64,000 nt of DNA, taken from positions 186,001 through 250,000 of the forward strand of contig NIVC01001016.1 in the NCBI GenBank assembly GCA_002269645.1, given 5' to 3'. The first letter of the stretch is position 1, and every line of letters starts with the position of its first letter. This DNA comes from Macrostomum lignano (taxonomy: Eukaryota). Below are positions 44,260 through 55,600 of this stretch, piece by piece. The notes under the pieces were generated by a model, which saw only the letters and a program-made list of their open reading frames with translations, was not told the DNA's origin and made no database searches. Both the position numbers and the translations under genes were made by a program.

Positions 44260-46728
44260 TCAGGCGATGCGGCCTCTGTCAGATGGCAGCAGCCGGCAGC
44301 TCAGTGAGCATCTCAGAATCACGCACTGATACCCTGGACCGTAAGCCATCTGGCAGTCGCGCTGGCTGAAGCATCGTATATCGAATGTCTCGCAGTTGCC
44401 GTTCGAGTAGTACAGAAATCGCTTGTAGGCAGCGCCTGCAGTAGAGGTTTTTAGAGGTGTTTAGATATGTTTAGAGGTGTTTAGAGATGTTTAGAGGTGT
44501 TTAGAGATGTTTAGAGGTGTTTAGAGATGTTTAGAGGTGTTTAGAGATGTTTAGAGGTGTTTAGAGGTGTTTAGAGGTGTTTAGAGGTATTTAGAGATGT
44601 TTAGAGGTGTTTAGAGATGTTTTGAGGTGTTTTGAGATGTTTAGAGGTGTTTAAAGATGTTTAGAGGTGTTTTGAGATGTTTAGAGGTGTTTAGAGATGT
44701 TTAGAGGTGTTTAGAGATGTTTAGAGGTGTTTAGAGGTGTTTAGAGGTGTTTAGAGGTATTTAGAGATGTTTAGAGGTGGTTAGATGTGTTTAGAGGTGT
44801 TTAGTGATGTTTAGAGGTGTTTAGAGATGTTTAGAGGTGGTTAGATGTGTTTAGAGGTGTTTAGAGATGTTTAGAAGTGTTTAGAGATGTTTAGAGGTGT
44901 TTAGAGATGTTTAGAGGTGTTTAGAGATGTTTAGAGGTGTTTAAAGATGTTTAGAGGTGTTTAGAGATGTTTAGAGGTGTTTAGAGATGTTTAGAGGTGT
45001 TTAGAGATGTTAAGAGATGTTTAGAGGTGTTTAGAGATATTTAGAGGTGTTTAGAGGTGTTTAGAGGTGTTTAGAGGTATTTAGAGATGTTTAGAGGTGT
45101 TTAGAGATGTTTAGAGGTGTTTTGAGATGTTTAGAGGTGTTTAGAGATGTTTAGAGGTGTTTAGAGATGTTAAGAGATATTTAGAGGTGTTTAGAGATGT
45201 TTAGAGGTGCTTAGAGGTTTTTAGAGGTGTTTAAGAGGTATTTAGAGATGTTTAGAGGTGTTTAGAGGTATTTAGAGATGTTTAGAGGTGTTTAGAGATG
45301 TTTAGAGGTGTTTAGAGATGTTTAGAGGTGGTTCGATGTGTTTAGAGGTGTTTAGAGATGTTTAGAGGTGTTTAGAGATGTTTAGAGGTGGTTAGATGTG
45401 TTTAGAGGTGTTTAGAAATGTTTAGAAGTGTTTAGAGATGTTTAGAGGTGTTTAGAGATGTTTAGAGGTGGTTAGATGTGTTTAGAGGTGTTTTGAGATG
45501 TTTAGAGGTGTTTGGGGCTTTAAGAACTTTAAATAGCCTGTCAAACTGCCTAGAAGGAGGGGGCCGCAGTAGCTCAGCGGTAAACGCGTCCGACTCTAAA
45601 CGCAAGTGCCCAGGTTCGATTCCGTGCGATAATAGAAATATTTTCAACGTATAACGCAAACGAACTGATAGGATGTCATGTATACGAGAACCTCGTAGAA
45701 GAGTCTGTGCTGTCCGAAAATAGGCCGCCCGCATAAATTTCGGACTCGTGCTCAGGCAAATATTGGATAATCAACTGATAATGACCGAGGTCTGAATAAG
45801 CTCATCGAGTTTCCATAGAAGGCGTTGCTCTGTTTGCAGCCAAATTGTTAGATTTAGAATCCGAAATGTCCCCGCTCCCCGCTTCTAAGTACCGAGTCCC
45901 AGACAGACCTTGTGACGACACGATGCAAGTCACGCAGCAACTGACAGCAGAAAAGGAGGCTTCTTCTTCCTTTGAGTTCCGTCTTAGCCTTCTGGCTGCT
46001 ACATTTTACAGCCTCAACTTTCTCGCCTCGCAGCTGCGTCCTTGCGTTGTCCCTCTTTTGGTCCTCTAATCTTTGTTTGTGAAGCTAGGCTCAGAGAAGT
46101 TCAGAAGAATGAGATCTACAATTTACTCTTAGAAAGTCGTTAAGGTTTTCTTGCCAAAAGGACAATCTGCAGAGCTGTTTGCGTAGTAAAAAACCGTCGA
46201 TATGTAGCGTCAATAACTTTACAAGGCGCACAGATGTAGAGGACTAATAAACCGATATGTAGCGTGTAAATCTTTAAAAACCATGAAAATAAATAGGAAT
46301 CTCAATCTTTACTCGCCGATATGCTGCGTAAGTAGCTTTATAAGTCGGAAAATAAGTTTTGGAACTCGTATTTTCTGTATCCGATATGTAGCGTCAATAC
46401 CTTTACAAGGCGCACAAATGCAAAGATCTACTAAGACGATATGCAGCGCAAAAAAAATTCTAAACCATGCAAACAAATCGGGATCTCTGATGTTTACCTG
46501 CCGATAGATTTACACTAGATTTAAAAGGCGAAAAATACATTTTGGAATTCGGACTTCTTGTAACCGATATGTAGTGAAAATAAATTTATAAGGCGCGACA
46601 AAATATAAGAAACCCAGATCCTCACCAGCTTGCAGGAGTCTCATGCTTTCAGTTTCCCTGTACATCAGCGCTGATTGGGCGATGAAGATTATCAGAAGCT
46701 GGGCGGCTACGCGGCGAGAGATTTTCAT
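44260..46728 (-). CDS. Unrecognised small secreted six-cysteine prepropeptide, 92 aa, 2 coding exons
   Basis: Exon 46728-46626 (ATG...GCT G|gtgagg) joins exon 44435-44260 (ctgcag|GC GCT...TGA); phases match (1/1). Product: MKISRRVAAQLLIIFIAQSALMYRETESMRLLQAGAAYKRFLYYSNGNCETFDIRCFSQRDCQMAYGPGYQCVILRCSLSCRLLPSDRGRIA. AATAAA on - at 44097-44102. Confidence 0.72.
44445..45515. repeat. Minisatellite, 10/20-bp unit (TTAGAGGTGTTTAGAGATGT)
   Basis: Runs up to the acceptor of the peptide gene's last coding exon. Confidence 0.95.
45563..45630 (+). mobile_element. tRNA-like Pol III head (probable SINE 5' end or tRNA pseudogene)
   Basis: A box TAGCTCAGCGG and B box GGTTCGATTCC at tRNA-like spacing, but the acceptor, anticodon and T stems do not pair. 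Confidence 0.55.
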
Positions 46729-46999
46729 GGCTGTTAAATTATGCTGGTGGCGTGATTCGATGCTATTTCAACAGTTGTCGAGCCGCGGCGAATGTGCGAG
46801 CACCCTGGCATGCGAGAATGCGAGCTGAATGTTTTATAAACATATTCTAAAAAGTCCGATTGTGAACCAACAAAATATTGGGGTTCCCTTAATGATAATG
46901 ACGGGAAGGATGCTGCTCAGCGTTTGAGTAACTAATTAGTGATAAAGATGAGAAGCAGGGAATGAGAAACAGGGGATGAGAAATAGCTAGGGATATTCC

Positions 47000-47620
47000 C
47001 AGAGTGACTCCTAGAGTGATTCCCAGAGTGATCTTAAAGCGATTTCTAGAGTGATTCCTGTGATTCCTGTGAATTCCTGTGATGAAGTGCTCCTAGAGTG
47101 ATTCCTAGAGTGATGGCTAGAGTGACCCCTTAAGTGATCCCAGAGTGACTCCTAGAGTGACTCCTAAAGTGATTCCTAGAGTGACTCCTAGAGTGACTCC
47201 TAAAGTGATTCCTAGAGTGACTCCTAGAGTGATTCCTAGAGTGATGGCTAGAGTGATTCTTAGAGTTATCTGTAGAGTGACTCTTAGAGTGACCCCTTAA
47301 GTGATCCCAGAGTGACTCCTAGAGTGACTCCTAAAGTGATTCCTAGAGTGACTCCTAGAGTGATTCCTAGAGTGACTCCTAGAGTGATTCCTAGAGTGAT
47401 GGCTAGAGTGATTCTTAGAGTTATTTGTAGAGTGACTCCTAGAGTGACCCCTTAAGTGATCCCAGAGTGACTCCTAGAGTGACCCCTTAAGTTATTTCTA
47501 GAGTGACTCCTCGTAGAGTGATTCCAGAGTGAATCCTAGAGTGATTCGTAGAGTGACTTCTAGAGTGACTCCTATAGTGACTCCCAGAGTGATTTCTATA
47601 GTGAATTCTAGTGACTCCTA
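47000..47620. repeat. Minisatellite, 11-bp unit (CTAGAGTGACT/TTC)
   Basis: Direct inspection. Confidence 0.9.
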
Positions 47621-48261
47621 TGACAATTAGCAAGCCGCTATAGTGCAGTTTGAGCTTCAAATCGAATTTCAGCGCTCTGTTTAGGCAGCTCTAAATATTT
47701 TTGCAGAACAATGAAGGCATGCACTGCTAAATACTGCTGGGACGCATGGATGAATATCATTTTAGGCCACATGTGTCTGCTGTAAGTCTGGTTTTGCTGC
47801 AAAAAAGCTTCAAGCCTTTTTCTCATGCTTTCCAATTATCCAGCAGAAATGCAGGGCATCTGTTTAGAGCTTTATTAAGCAGAATTCGGCAGGATAGGGG
47901 GTGTAACAAAAGCGATAAAAAAGGCGAAAATTTTTTCTCTGCTCTTGTGATTCTGAAATATTCTTTTATTCTGTAAAATATTCATTTAGAAAGACATCTA
48001 GAGACTCATTTTTAGTGCTTTTGGTTTGTAACAATTAGATACTACGAGCGCGTTTCTCGAATATTTAATCTCCTCAGCACTGAGCAATTTCTTAGCCACG
48101 ACATGTACCGTCACCAGAAAATTTCTGATCGAACGGTGCAAGTTTCATGAAAATCGGTTGAGCCGCTTTTCTGAAATCAATCGCACTCTTACCTAGAGAC
48201 AGAAAATTCATTTGTAGTAAATAGGACTAGCCAGGTAGTAGCCCCCTTCGGGCGGTATAAG

Positions 48262-48835
48262 AGAGAGAGGAGAGGGGGCAAAGAGAGGGGCAGAGGAGAG
48301 GGGCAGAGGAGAGGGGGCAGAGGAGAGGGGGCAGAGGAGAGGGGGCAGAGGAGAGGGGACACGAGGAGAGGGGGCAAAGGAGAGGGGACAGGAGGAGAGG
48401 GGTAGAGGGAGTGAGGCAGAGGAGAGGGGGCAGAGGAGAGGGGACAGGAGGAGAGGGGCAGAGGAGAGGGGACAGGTGGAGAGGGGGCAGAGGAGAGGGG
48501 ACAGGAGGAGAGGGGGCAGAGGAGAGGGGACAGGAGGAGAGGGGGTAGAGGGAGTGAGGCAGAGGAGAGGGGACAGGAGGAGAGGGGCAGAGGATAGGGG
48601 ACAGGAGGAGAGGGGGCAGAGGATAGGGGACAGGAGGAGAGGGGGCAGAGGAGAGGGGACAGGAGGAGAGGGGGTAGAGGGAGTGAGGCAGAGGAGAGGG
48701 GCAGAGGAGAAAGGACAGGAGGAGAGGGGGCAGAGGAGAGGGGACAGGAGGAGAGGGGGCAGAGGAGAGGGGACAGGAGGAGAGGGGGTAGAGGGAGTGG
48801 GGCAGAGGAGAGGGGGCAGAGGAGAGGGGGCAAAG
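48262..48835. repeat. G-rich polypurine repeat (GAGGAGAGGGGCA/GACA)
   Basis: Direct inspection. Confidence 0.93.
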
Positions 48836-48989
48836 GTTGAGCGGAGACAGGTGCAGGTGCCAGATGAGAGTCAGTCAAGAGGCTACAGAGTGACTTACCT
48901 GAGTGTCTCCAAAGCTATCACTAAATTTGAGAGTTTGACCCAGCGTATTCAGCTTAAAACGCTTTGCGAGAAGCGGCAATTTTGAACAG

Positions 48990-49092
48990 CCAATAACTAC
49001 TGGCTTATAGCCAATGCGACTCACGCTGGTCAGTGGAGAAGTGCAGGACTTTTCGCGTTTGATGGGTCTTTCATGCCAATTTTCAGGCCAAT
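48990..49092. promoter_or_regulatory. Cluster of four CCAAT boxes, candidate promoter
   Basis: CCAAT at 48990, 49011, 49076 and 49088, just upstream (on -) of an exon ending in a perfect CAG|GTAAGT donor at 48899. Confidence 0.4.
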
Positions 49093-49494
49093 CAATGGCA
49101 TTGCAGCCCTGTGGTTTAGCCTGATTCGCTAATCCGAAACGCGATCACGGATGACATGCTTATTTAGGTAACGATACGCTACTACTTACGTGAGTAGCAT
49201 GCTGAATATATGCATCTTTTGTGCTTTGTGAAAAAATTAAGTCAAATATAATTACTACTACCATCAGTTTGCGGAAAAGATACGCGAATATCTGGGTTTC
49301 TAGGCAAAAATGTACTCCTTTTAGAGCTGTTTAAGCCCAGATTTTAATCTGAAGCTTGCAGACAAACTTGAAAATTCCAAATCTAGCTCTTAGTGCGTGT
49401 TGCATAGCGAGCAAGAGAGAAAAGGGGTGGCAGCACCCAGCAAGGCCGATAAACAGCTTGATTTTCCTCCTGCACCGCTTGCGTCTGACCTTGA

Positions 49495-50402
49495 CCTCTC
49501 TCCTTGCTGCTCTCTCATTGGCTGAGCTAGATTGGAGCTGTCTACTAGGCTGAATTTCGTCCGTCTGACTTTGAACTCTCTTCTTACTGCTCTCTCATTG
49601 GCTGAGCTAGATTGGAGCTGCCTTCTAGGCTGAATTTCGTCCGTCTGACTTTGAACTCTCTCCTTGCTGCTCTCTCATTGGCTGAGCTAGATTGGAGCTG
49701 TCTTCTAGGCTGAATTTCGTCCGTCTGACTTTGAACTCTCTTCTTACTGCTCTCTCATTGGCTGAGCTAGATTGGAGCTGTCTTCTAGGCTGAATTTCGT
49801 CCGTCTGACTTTGAACTCTCTTCTTACTGCTCTCTCATTGGCTGAGCTAGATTGGAGCTGCCTTCTAGGCTGAATTTCGTCCGTCTGACTTTGAACTCTC
49901 TCCTTGCTGCTCTCTCATTGGCTGAGCTAGATTGGAGCTGTCTTCTAGGCTGAATTTCGTCCGTCTGACTTTGAACTCTCTTCTTACTGCTCTCTCATTG
50001 GCTGAGCTAGATTGGAGCTGCCTTCTAGGCTGAATTTCGTCCGTCTGACTTTGAACTCTCTCCTTGCTGCTCTCTCATTGGCTGAGCTAGATTGGAGCTG
50101 TCTTCTAGGCTGAATTTCGTCCGTCTGACTTTGAACTCTCTCCTTGCTGCTCTCTCATTGGCTGAGCTAGATTGGAGCTGTCTTCTAGGCTGAATTTCGT
50201 CCGTCTGACTTTGAACTCTCTTCTTACTGCTCTCTCATTGGCTGAGCTAGATTGGAGCTGTCTTCTAGGCTGAATTTTGTCCGTCTGACTTTGAACTCTC
50301 TTCTTACTGCTCTCTCATTGGCTGAGCTAGATTGGAGCTGTCTTCTAGGCTGAATTTTGTCCGTCTGACTTTGAACTCTCTCCTTGCTGCTTTCTCATTG
50401 GC
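49495..50402. repeat. Tandem repeat, 80-bp unit, ~11 near-identical copies
   Basis: Period 80 (e.g. 49741 and 49821). Each unit has CATTGGCTG and ATTGGAG. Confidence 0.95.
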
Positions 50403-51403
50403 TGTTCATTCTGCTCCTGAGGCCGCAAGCCCCGAGGAAGGAAAGGAAATTTCAGCTGCCATATTCTCAGCGAAATGTCACTTAAAATCTAAGCGCCCAG
50501 CGCCCACCACCCAACAGCTCACGCCAATTAGTCAGGCCGGTGAAAATAATAAAAGCTGACTAAAGAGTCAATAACTGATTTCTTACGCACAATTAAATTT
50601 CATTTTGTCAATAAAACATTTAACAGACAGCTAAAGCAGCTGCAGCAAGAAGCAATATATTCTTGTTTAACCACAAACTTAAATAAACGTTTTTGATTTT
50701 GAATTATCCACTTCACGTAACACAGAAAAGCAATACATTAGACTGAAAATTGAACACCAATAAATAGTAGCATTTAAGTTAAACACAATAAATTCATAAG
50801 CAAAACAACAGCATACTCAAGAAATGAAATACCAACAACAAAATCAAAAGAAACTAATCACTAATCAACGAGAGATTAACTAAAACAAATCAAAGACAAG
50901 GCGAACATTTTTGGCAGACAACAAAATAACGCACTCTTTATTAAACATTCTTCTTGCGGGCAAAACTTGCAAAGCACACATGTTTGCAAACAGCAAGACA
51001 ATATGTCGATCGCATTAGCAATAACAAGCGGCATTAGAGAAAATATTGGTGGAAAAATTATGCAACGCTTTTTCATTGATAAGCAACTTTCGGTAGCAGA
51101 ATTTCCTTAATGCTACTTACGCAAGGTCGAAAGTACTTACATCAAAGTTTTTTTCTTTTTTATATAGCAAGAGTTTAAAACTACGGCATTGCTTTTAAAT
51201 GTGCATTTAACAGCCATTGGTTTATAAATAGAGACATTGCGGAAAAGCACAAAGGAAAATGAAACACTGTTTGCAAAAGATAAAGTTTGCACTTTTTGCA
51301 CAAAATTACGATAAACTAAACTGGCAGGAGGCACAAAATACAACGATAATTATTTTCTTTGGCAATAGCGGAATATATGCAGTAGCGTATTCGTTTATTA
51401 TGG

Positions 51404-52010
51404 CAGGGATCAGCTTAGCGAAGTTAACATGAAGCTCATGAGGCTCTGGACTGTGAGTCTGGCCTAGCATCTGGCAGGCTGGCCCAGCAACTGACACTCT
51501 GGGAGGCTGGCCCAGCAACTGACACTCTGGGAGGCTGGCCCAGCAACTGACACTCTGGGAGGCTGGCCCAGCAACTGACACTCTGGGAGGCTGGCCCAGC
51601 AACTGACACTCTGGGAGGCTGGCCCAGCAACTGACACTCTGGGAGGCTGGCCCAGCAACTGACACTCTGGGAGGCTGGCCCAGCAACTGACACTCTGGGA
51701 GGCTGGCCCAGCAACTGACACTCTGGGAGGCTGGCCCAGCAACTGACACTCTGGGAGGCTGGCCCAGCAACTGACACTCTGGGAGGCTGGCCCAGCAACT
51801 GACACTCTGGGAGGCTGGCCCAGCAACTGACACTCTGGGAGGCTGGCCCAGCAACTGACACTCTGGGAGGCTGGCCCAGCAACTGACACTCTGGGAGGCT
51901 GGCCCAGCAACTGACACTCTGGGAGGCTGGCCCAGCAACTGAGGATCTGGGAGGCTGGTCTTTCTCAGCTAAGCTGATCCCTATAGCTCCGCTTAAGAAG
52001 CAGATTTGCA
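51404..52010. mobile_element. Non-autonomous element with inverted repeats around an internal tandem array (Helentron/HINE-like or MITE)
   Basis: AGGGATCAGCTTAGC (51405-51419) is the exact reverse complement of 51968-51982. They enclose ~16 copies of a 28-mer and are followed by an imperfect hairpin (TCCGCTT-AAG-AAGCAGA). No TSD found. Confidence 0.5.
51476..51945. repeat. Tandem repeat, 28-bp unit (GGCCCAGCAACTGACACTCTGGGAGGCT)
   Basis: Essentially perfect copies. Confidence 0.97.
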
Positions 52011-52581
52011 TCATCATAAAATATTTAAAAAACGTTTAATTTATCAAACACCAATCAAATTAAAACTGAATAAAAAAACAAAAAATTGTGAGAATGATGA
52101 TCCGATAAACTTTTTTTAGATGTAAAATCATTTAATTTTCGCATCGACGCGCTTTGTAACTACTTAAACGTCAAGACGCGCTAGTAGTAAGGATGCAAAT
52201 TAATTGTTAATTACCGTAAATAAAAACATTGAGGATTAAAAATCCGACTAATGCGTCTTATCGAGTGTCTGACTAGGGATTCAAAATCTTTTGATTGGAA
52301 GATCCTAAATATCTCTAACAGCCAGAAACTTTATAAGTTTGACTAAGATAACCCTGTGAAAACACAAAGTAATATACGAAACAAGCAAACAGCACTACTT
52401 ACATCGGTAGCAGTAAATTTATAATAGATTGATAGTGAGTACATCGGGACTTTTTGAAATCCGAACAAGAACACAGGCTAAATATTGATGCTGGTATATT
52501 GAGTTGAAAGGATTTATACAATACAAATTTGAATACAGATAATAGATAGAGAGAAAAACAGCTGTTAAGACAGACAGACAG

Positions 52582-52626
<45 letters not shown>

Positions 52627-52683
52627 CACAAAGCTATAGAAGAACAATTAAAATCTTAAAGTTCTAAACACTTCAAAAAATCT

Positions 52684-55600
52684 TTATTGAGCTTTCTTCC
52701 CGTTGCCATTAGCAACCGCAGCGTCAGCAGCAGCAGCAGGAGCAACCAGCTTTGGCTTCCTCTTAACCAGAGACTCGCCAAAAAGGCCAACAAAGACCAG
52801 GCAGGTGCCAAGCCACTGCCTGTTAGTCAGCGGGTGACCAAACAGAATCACGGAGCCGAGAATGGTGAAGAACTTTCGAGTAGTGGTCACCAAGGAGCAG
52901 TTCAGCGGGCCATAATTAACCACGGTGGCAAAGATGAACAGCTGGCCGAGGGCGCTGCACAGGCTAAACAGCAGGATGTCCCACAGTACGGTGTGGTATT
53001 GCACGACGAATGCGACGAACTGAGGCAGTTCGCCTGTTGCTAAGGCAACTAAAACAGTGACAGAAGGGAGAGAATCCTTAATTGAATTGTCGGGTAGTCA
53101 ATTTTTGACAAAAACTGTGATTTTAAAGGCAAAATAAGCAGAAAAAGCAGTGATTTGCAACCAGAAGAAGCAGTGATTTGCAACCAGAAGAAGCAGTGCT
53201 TTGCTATCGGAATAAGCAGTGCTTTGCAACCAGAAGAAGCAGTGCTTTGCAACCAGAAGAAGCAGTGATTTGCAACCAGAAGAAGCAGTGATTTGCAACC
53301 AGAAGAAGCAGTGATTTGCAACCAGAAGAAGCAGTGATTTGCAACCAGAAGAAGCAGTGATTTGCAACCAGAAGAAGCAGTGATTTGCAACCAGAAGAAG
53401 CAGTGATTTGCAACCAGAAGAAGCAGTGATTTGCAACCAGAAGAAGCAGTGCTTTGCTAACAGAAGAAGCAGTGCTTTGCAACCAGAAGAAGCAGTGATT
53501 TGCTAACAGAAGAAGCAGTGATTTGCAACCAGAAGAAGCAGTGCTTTGCTAACAGAAGAAGCAGTGCTTTGCTAACAGAAGAAGCAGTGCTTTGCTACCA
53601 GAAGAAGCAGTGATTTGCTAACAGAAGAAGCAGTGATTTGCTAACAGAAGAAGCAGTGCTTTGCTACCAGAAGAAGCAGTGATTTGCTAACAGAAGAAGC
53701 AGTGCTTTGCTAACAGAAGAAGCAGTGATTTGCAACCAGAAGAAGCAGTGATTTGCTAACAGAAGAAGCAGTGATTTGCAACCAGAAGAAGCAGTGATTT
53801 GCTAACAGAAGAAGCAGTGATTTGCAACCAGAAGAAGCAGTGCTTTGCTAACAGAAGAAGCAGTGCTTTGCTAACAGAAGAAGCAGTGCTTTGCTAACAG
53901 AAGAAGCAGTGCTTTGCTACCAGAAGAAGCAGTGCTTTGCTACCAGAAGAAGCAGTAATTTGCAACCAGAAGAAGCAGTGCTTTGCTAACAGAAGAAGCA
54001 GTGCTTTGCTAACAGAAGAAGCAGTGCTTTGCTAACAGAAGAAGCAGTGCTTTGCTACCAGAAGAAGCAGTGATTTGCTAACAGAAGAAGCAGTGCTTTG
54101 CTAACAGAAGAAGCAGTGCTTTGCTAACAGAAGAAGCAGTGCTTTGCTAACAGAAGAAGCAGTGCTTTGCTAACAGAAGAAGCAGTGCTTTGCTAACAGA
54201 AGAAGCAGTGCTTTGCTAACAGAAGAAGCAGTGCTTTGCTAACAGAAGAAGCAGTGCTTTGCTACCAGAAGAAGCAGTGATTTGCTAACAGAAGAAGCAG
54301 TGCTTTGCTAACAGAAGAAGCAGTGCTTTGCTAACAGAAGAAGCAGTGCTTTGCTAACAGAAGAAGCAGTGCTTTGCTACCAGAAGAAGCAGTGCTTTGC
54401 TAACAGAAGAAGCAGTGCTTTGCTAACAGAAGAAGCAGTGCTTTGCAAACAAAAGTGCCTCAAAATTTTCAATGAAATAGAGAGCAATAAAGCTTACCAA
54501 CAAACAGATAGATAGTAGACCACAAATTCATCTGGAACATCATAGCAAAGCTGGACACTGAGTTATGCTTTAAACAGATTCGATCCTGCACTAAACCAGT
54601 GAGCCCGTCGCACAGCAGAGAGACCAGCTGAAATGATTGTCAATAGGAAATATGAACGATTCAAGACAGGTTTCCAATTATTGAAACCAATTGAAACAAA
54701 AACACAACAAGCATTAACTTACCAATAGAAACTCTCCAAAAACAAAGCTGTGATCGGTGTCTGGGCCTGTGCCTTTGCTGTCTTTCATCAGGAATAACGA
54801 TACGCCAACAACAATGATCAGCACTAGCAGGTATTTTATCATTGGATAGCGTTTGCCGAATAGCAGGCCTAACAGCATCACTGGGATCGGCTTGCATGAC
54901 TTCCCCAGCACCTGGGATGTCGGTTGGTAGAGGCACAGGCTTTGCACCTTTTTCCGTGTATCCTGATCTCCCTGCACCCTGATCTCCCTGTACCCCACAC
55001 CCTGATCTCCCTGTACCCTGATCTCTCTGCACCCTGATCTCCCTGCACCCTGATCTCCCTGCACCCCACACCCTGATCTCCCTGCACCCTGATCTCCCTG
55101 TACCCTGATCTCCCTGCACCCTGATCTCCCTGTACCCTGATCTCCCTGCACCCTGATCTCCCTGATCTCCCTGTACCCTGATCTCCCTGCACCCTGATCT
55201 CCCTGAATCCCTGATCTCCCTGCACCCTGATCTCCCTGATCTCCCTGTACCCTGATCTCCCTGCACCCTGATCTCCCTGAATCCCTGATCTCCCTGCACC
55301 CTGATCTCCCTGATCTCCCTGTACCCTGATCTCCCTGCACCCTGATCTCCCTGAATCCCTGATCTCCCTGCACCCTGATCTCCCTGCACCCTGATCTCCC
55401 TGCACCCTGATCTCCCTGCACCCTGATCTCCCTGCACCCTGATCTCCCTGAATCCCTGATCTCCCTGCACCCTGATCTCCCTGCACCCTGATCTCCCTGC
55501 ACCCTGATCTCCCTGAATCCCTGATCTCCCTGCACCCTGATCTCCCTGCACCCTGATCTCCCTGCACCCTGATCTCCCTGCACCCTGATCTCCCTGCACC

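Noticed and set aside
45563-45630. tRNA-like sequence with CTA at the anticodon position (amber suppressor?)
   Set aside because: The acceptor, anticodon and T stems do not base-pair; only the A and B boxes survive, as expected for a SINE head or pseudogene.
49495-50402. 80-bp repeat as a coding repeat (RVQSQTDEIQPRRQLQSSSANERAVR on -)
   Set aside because: The unit is not a multiple of 3, so the frame shifts every copy and hits stops.
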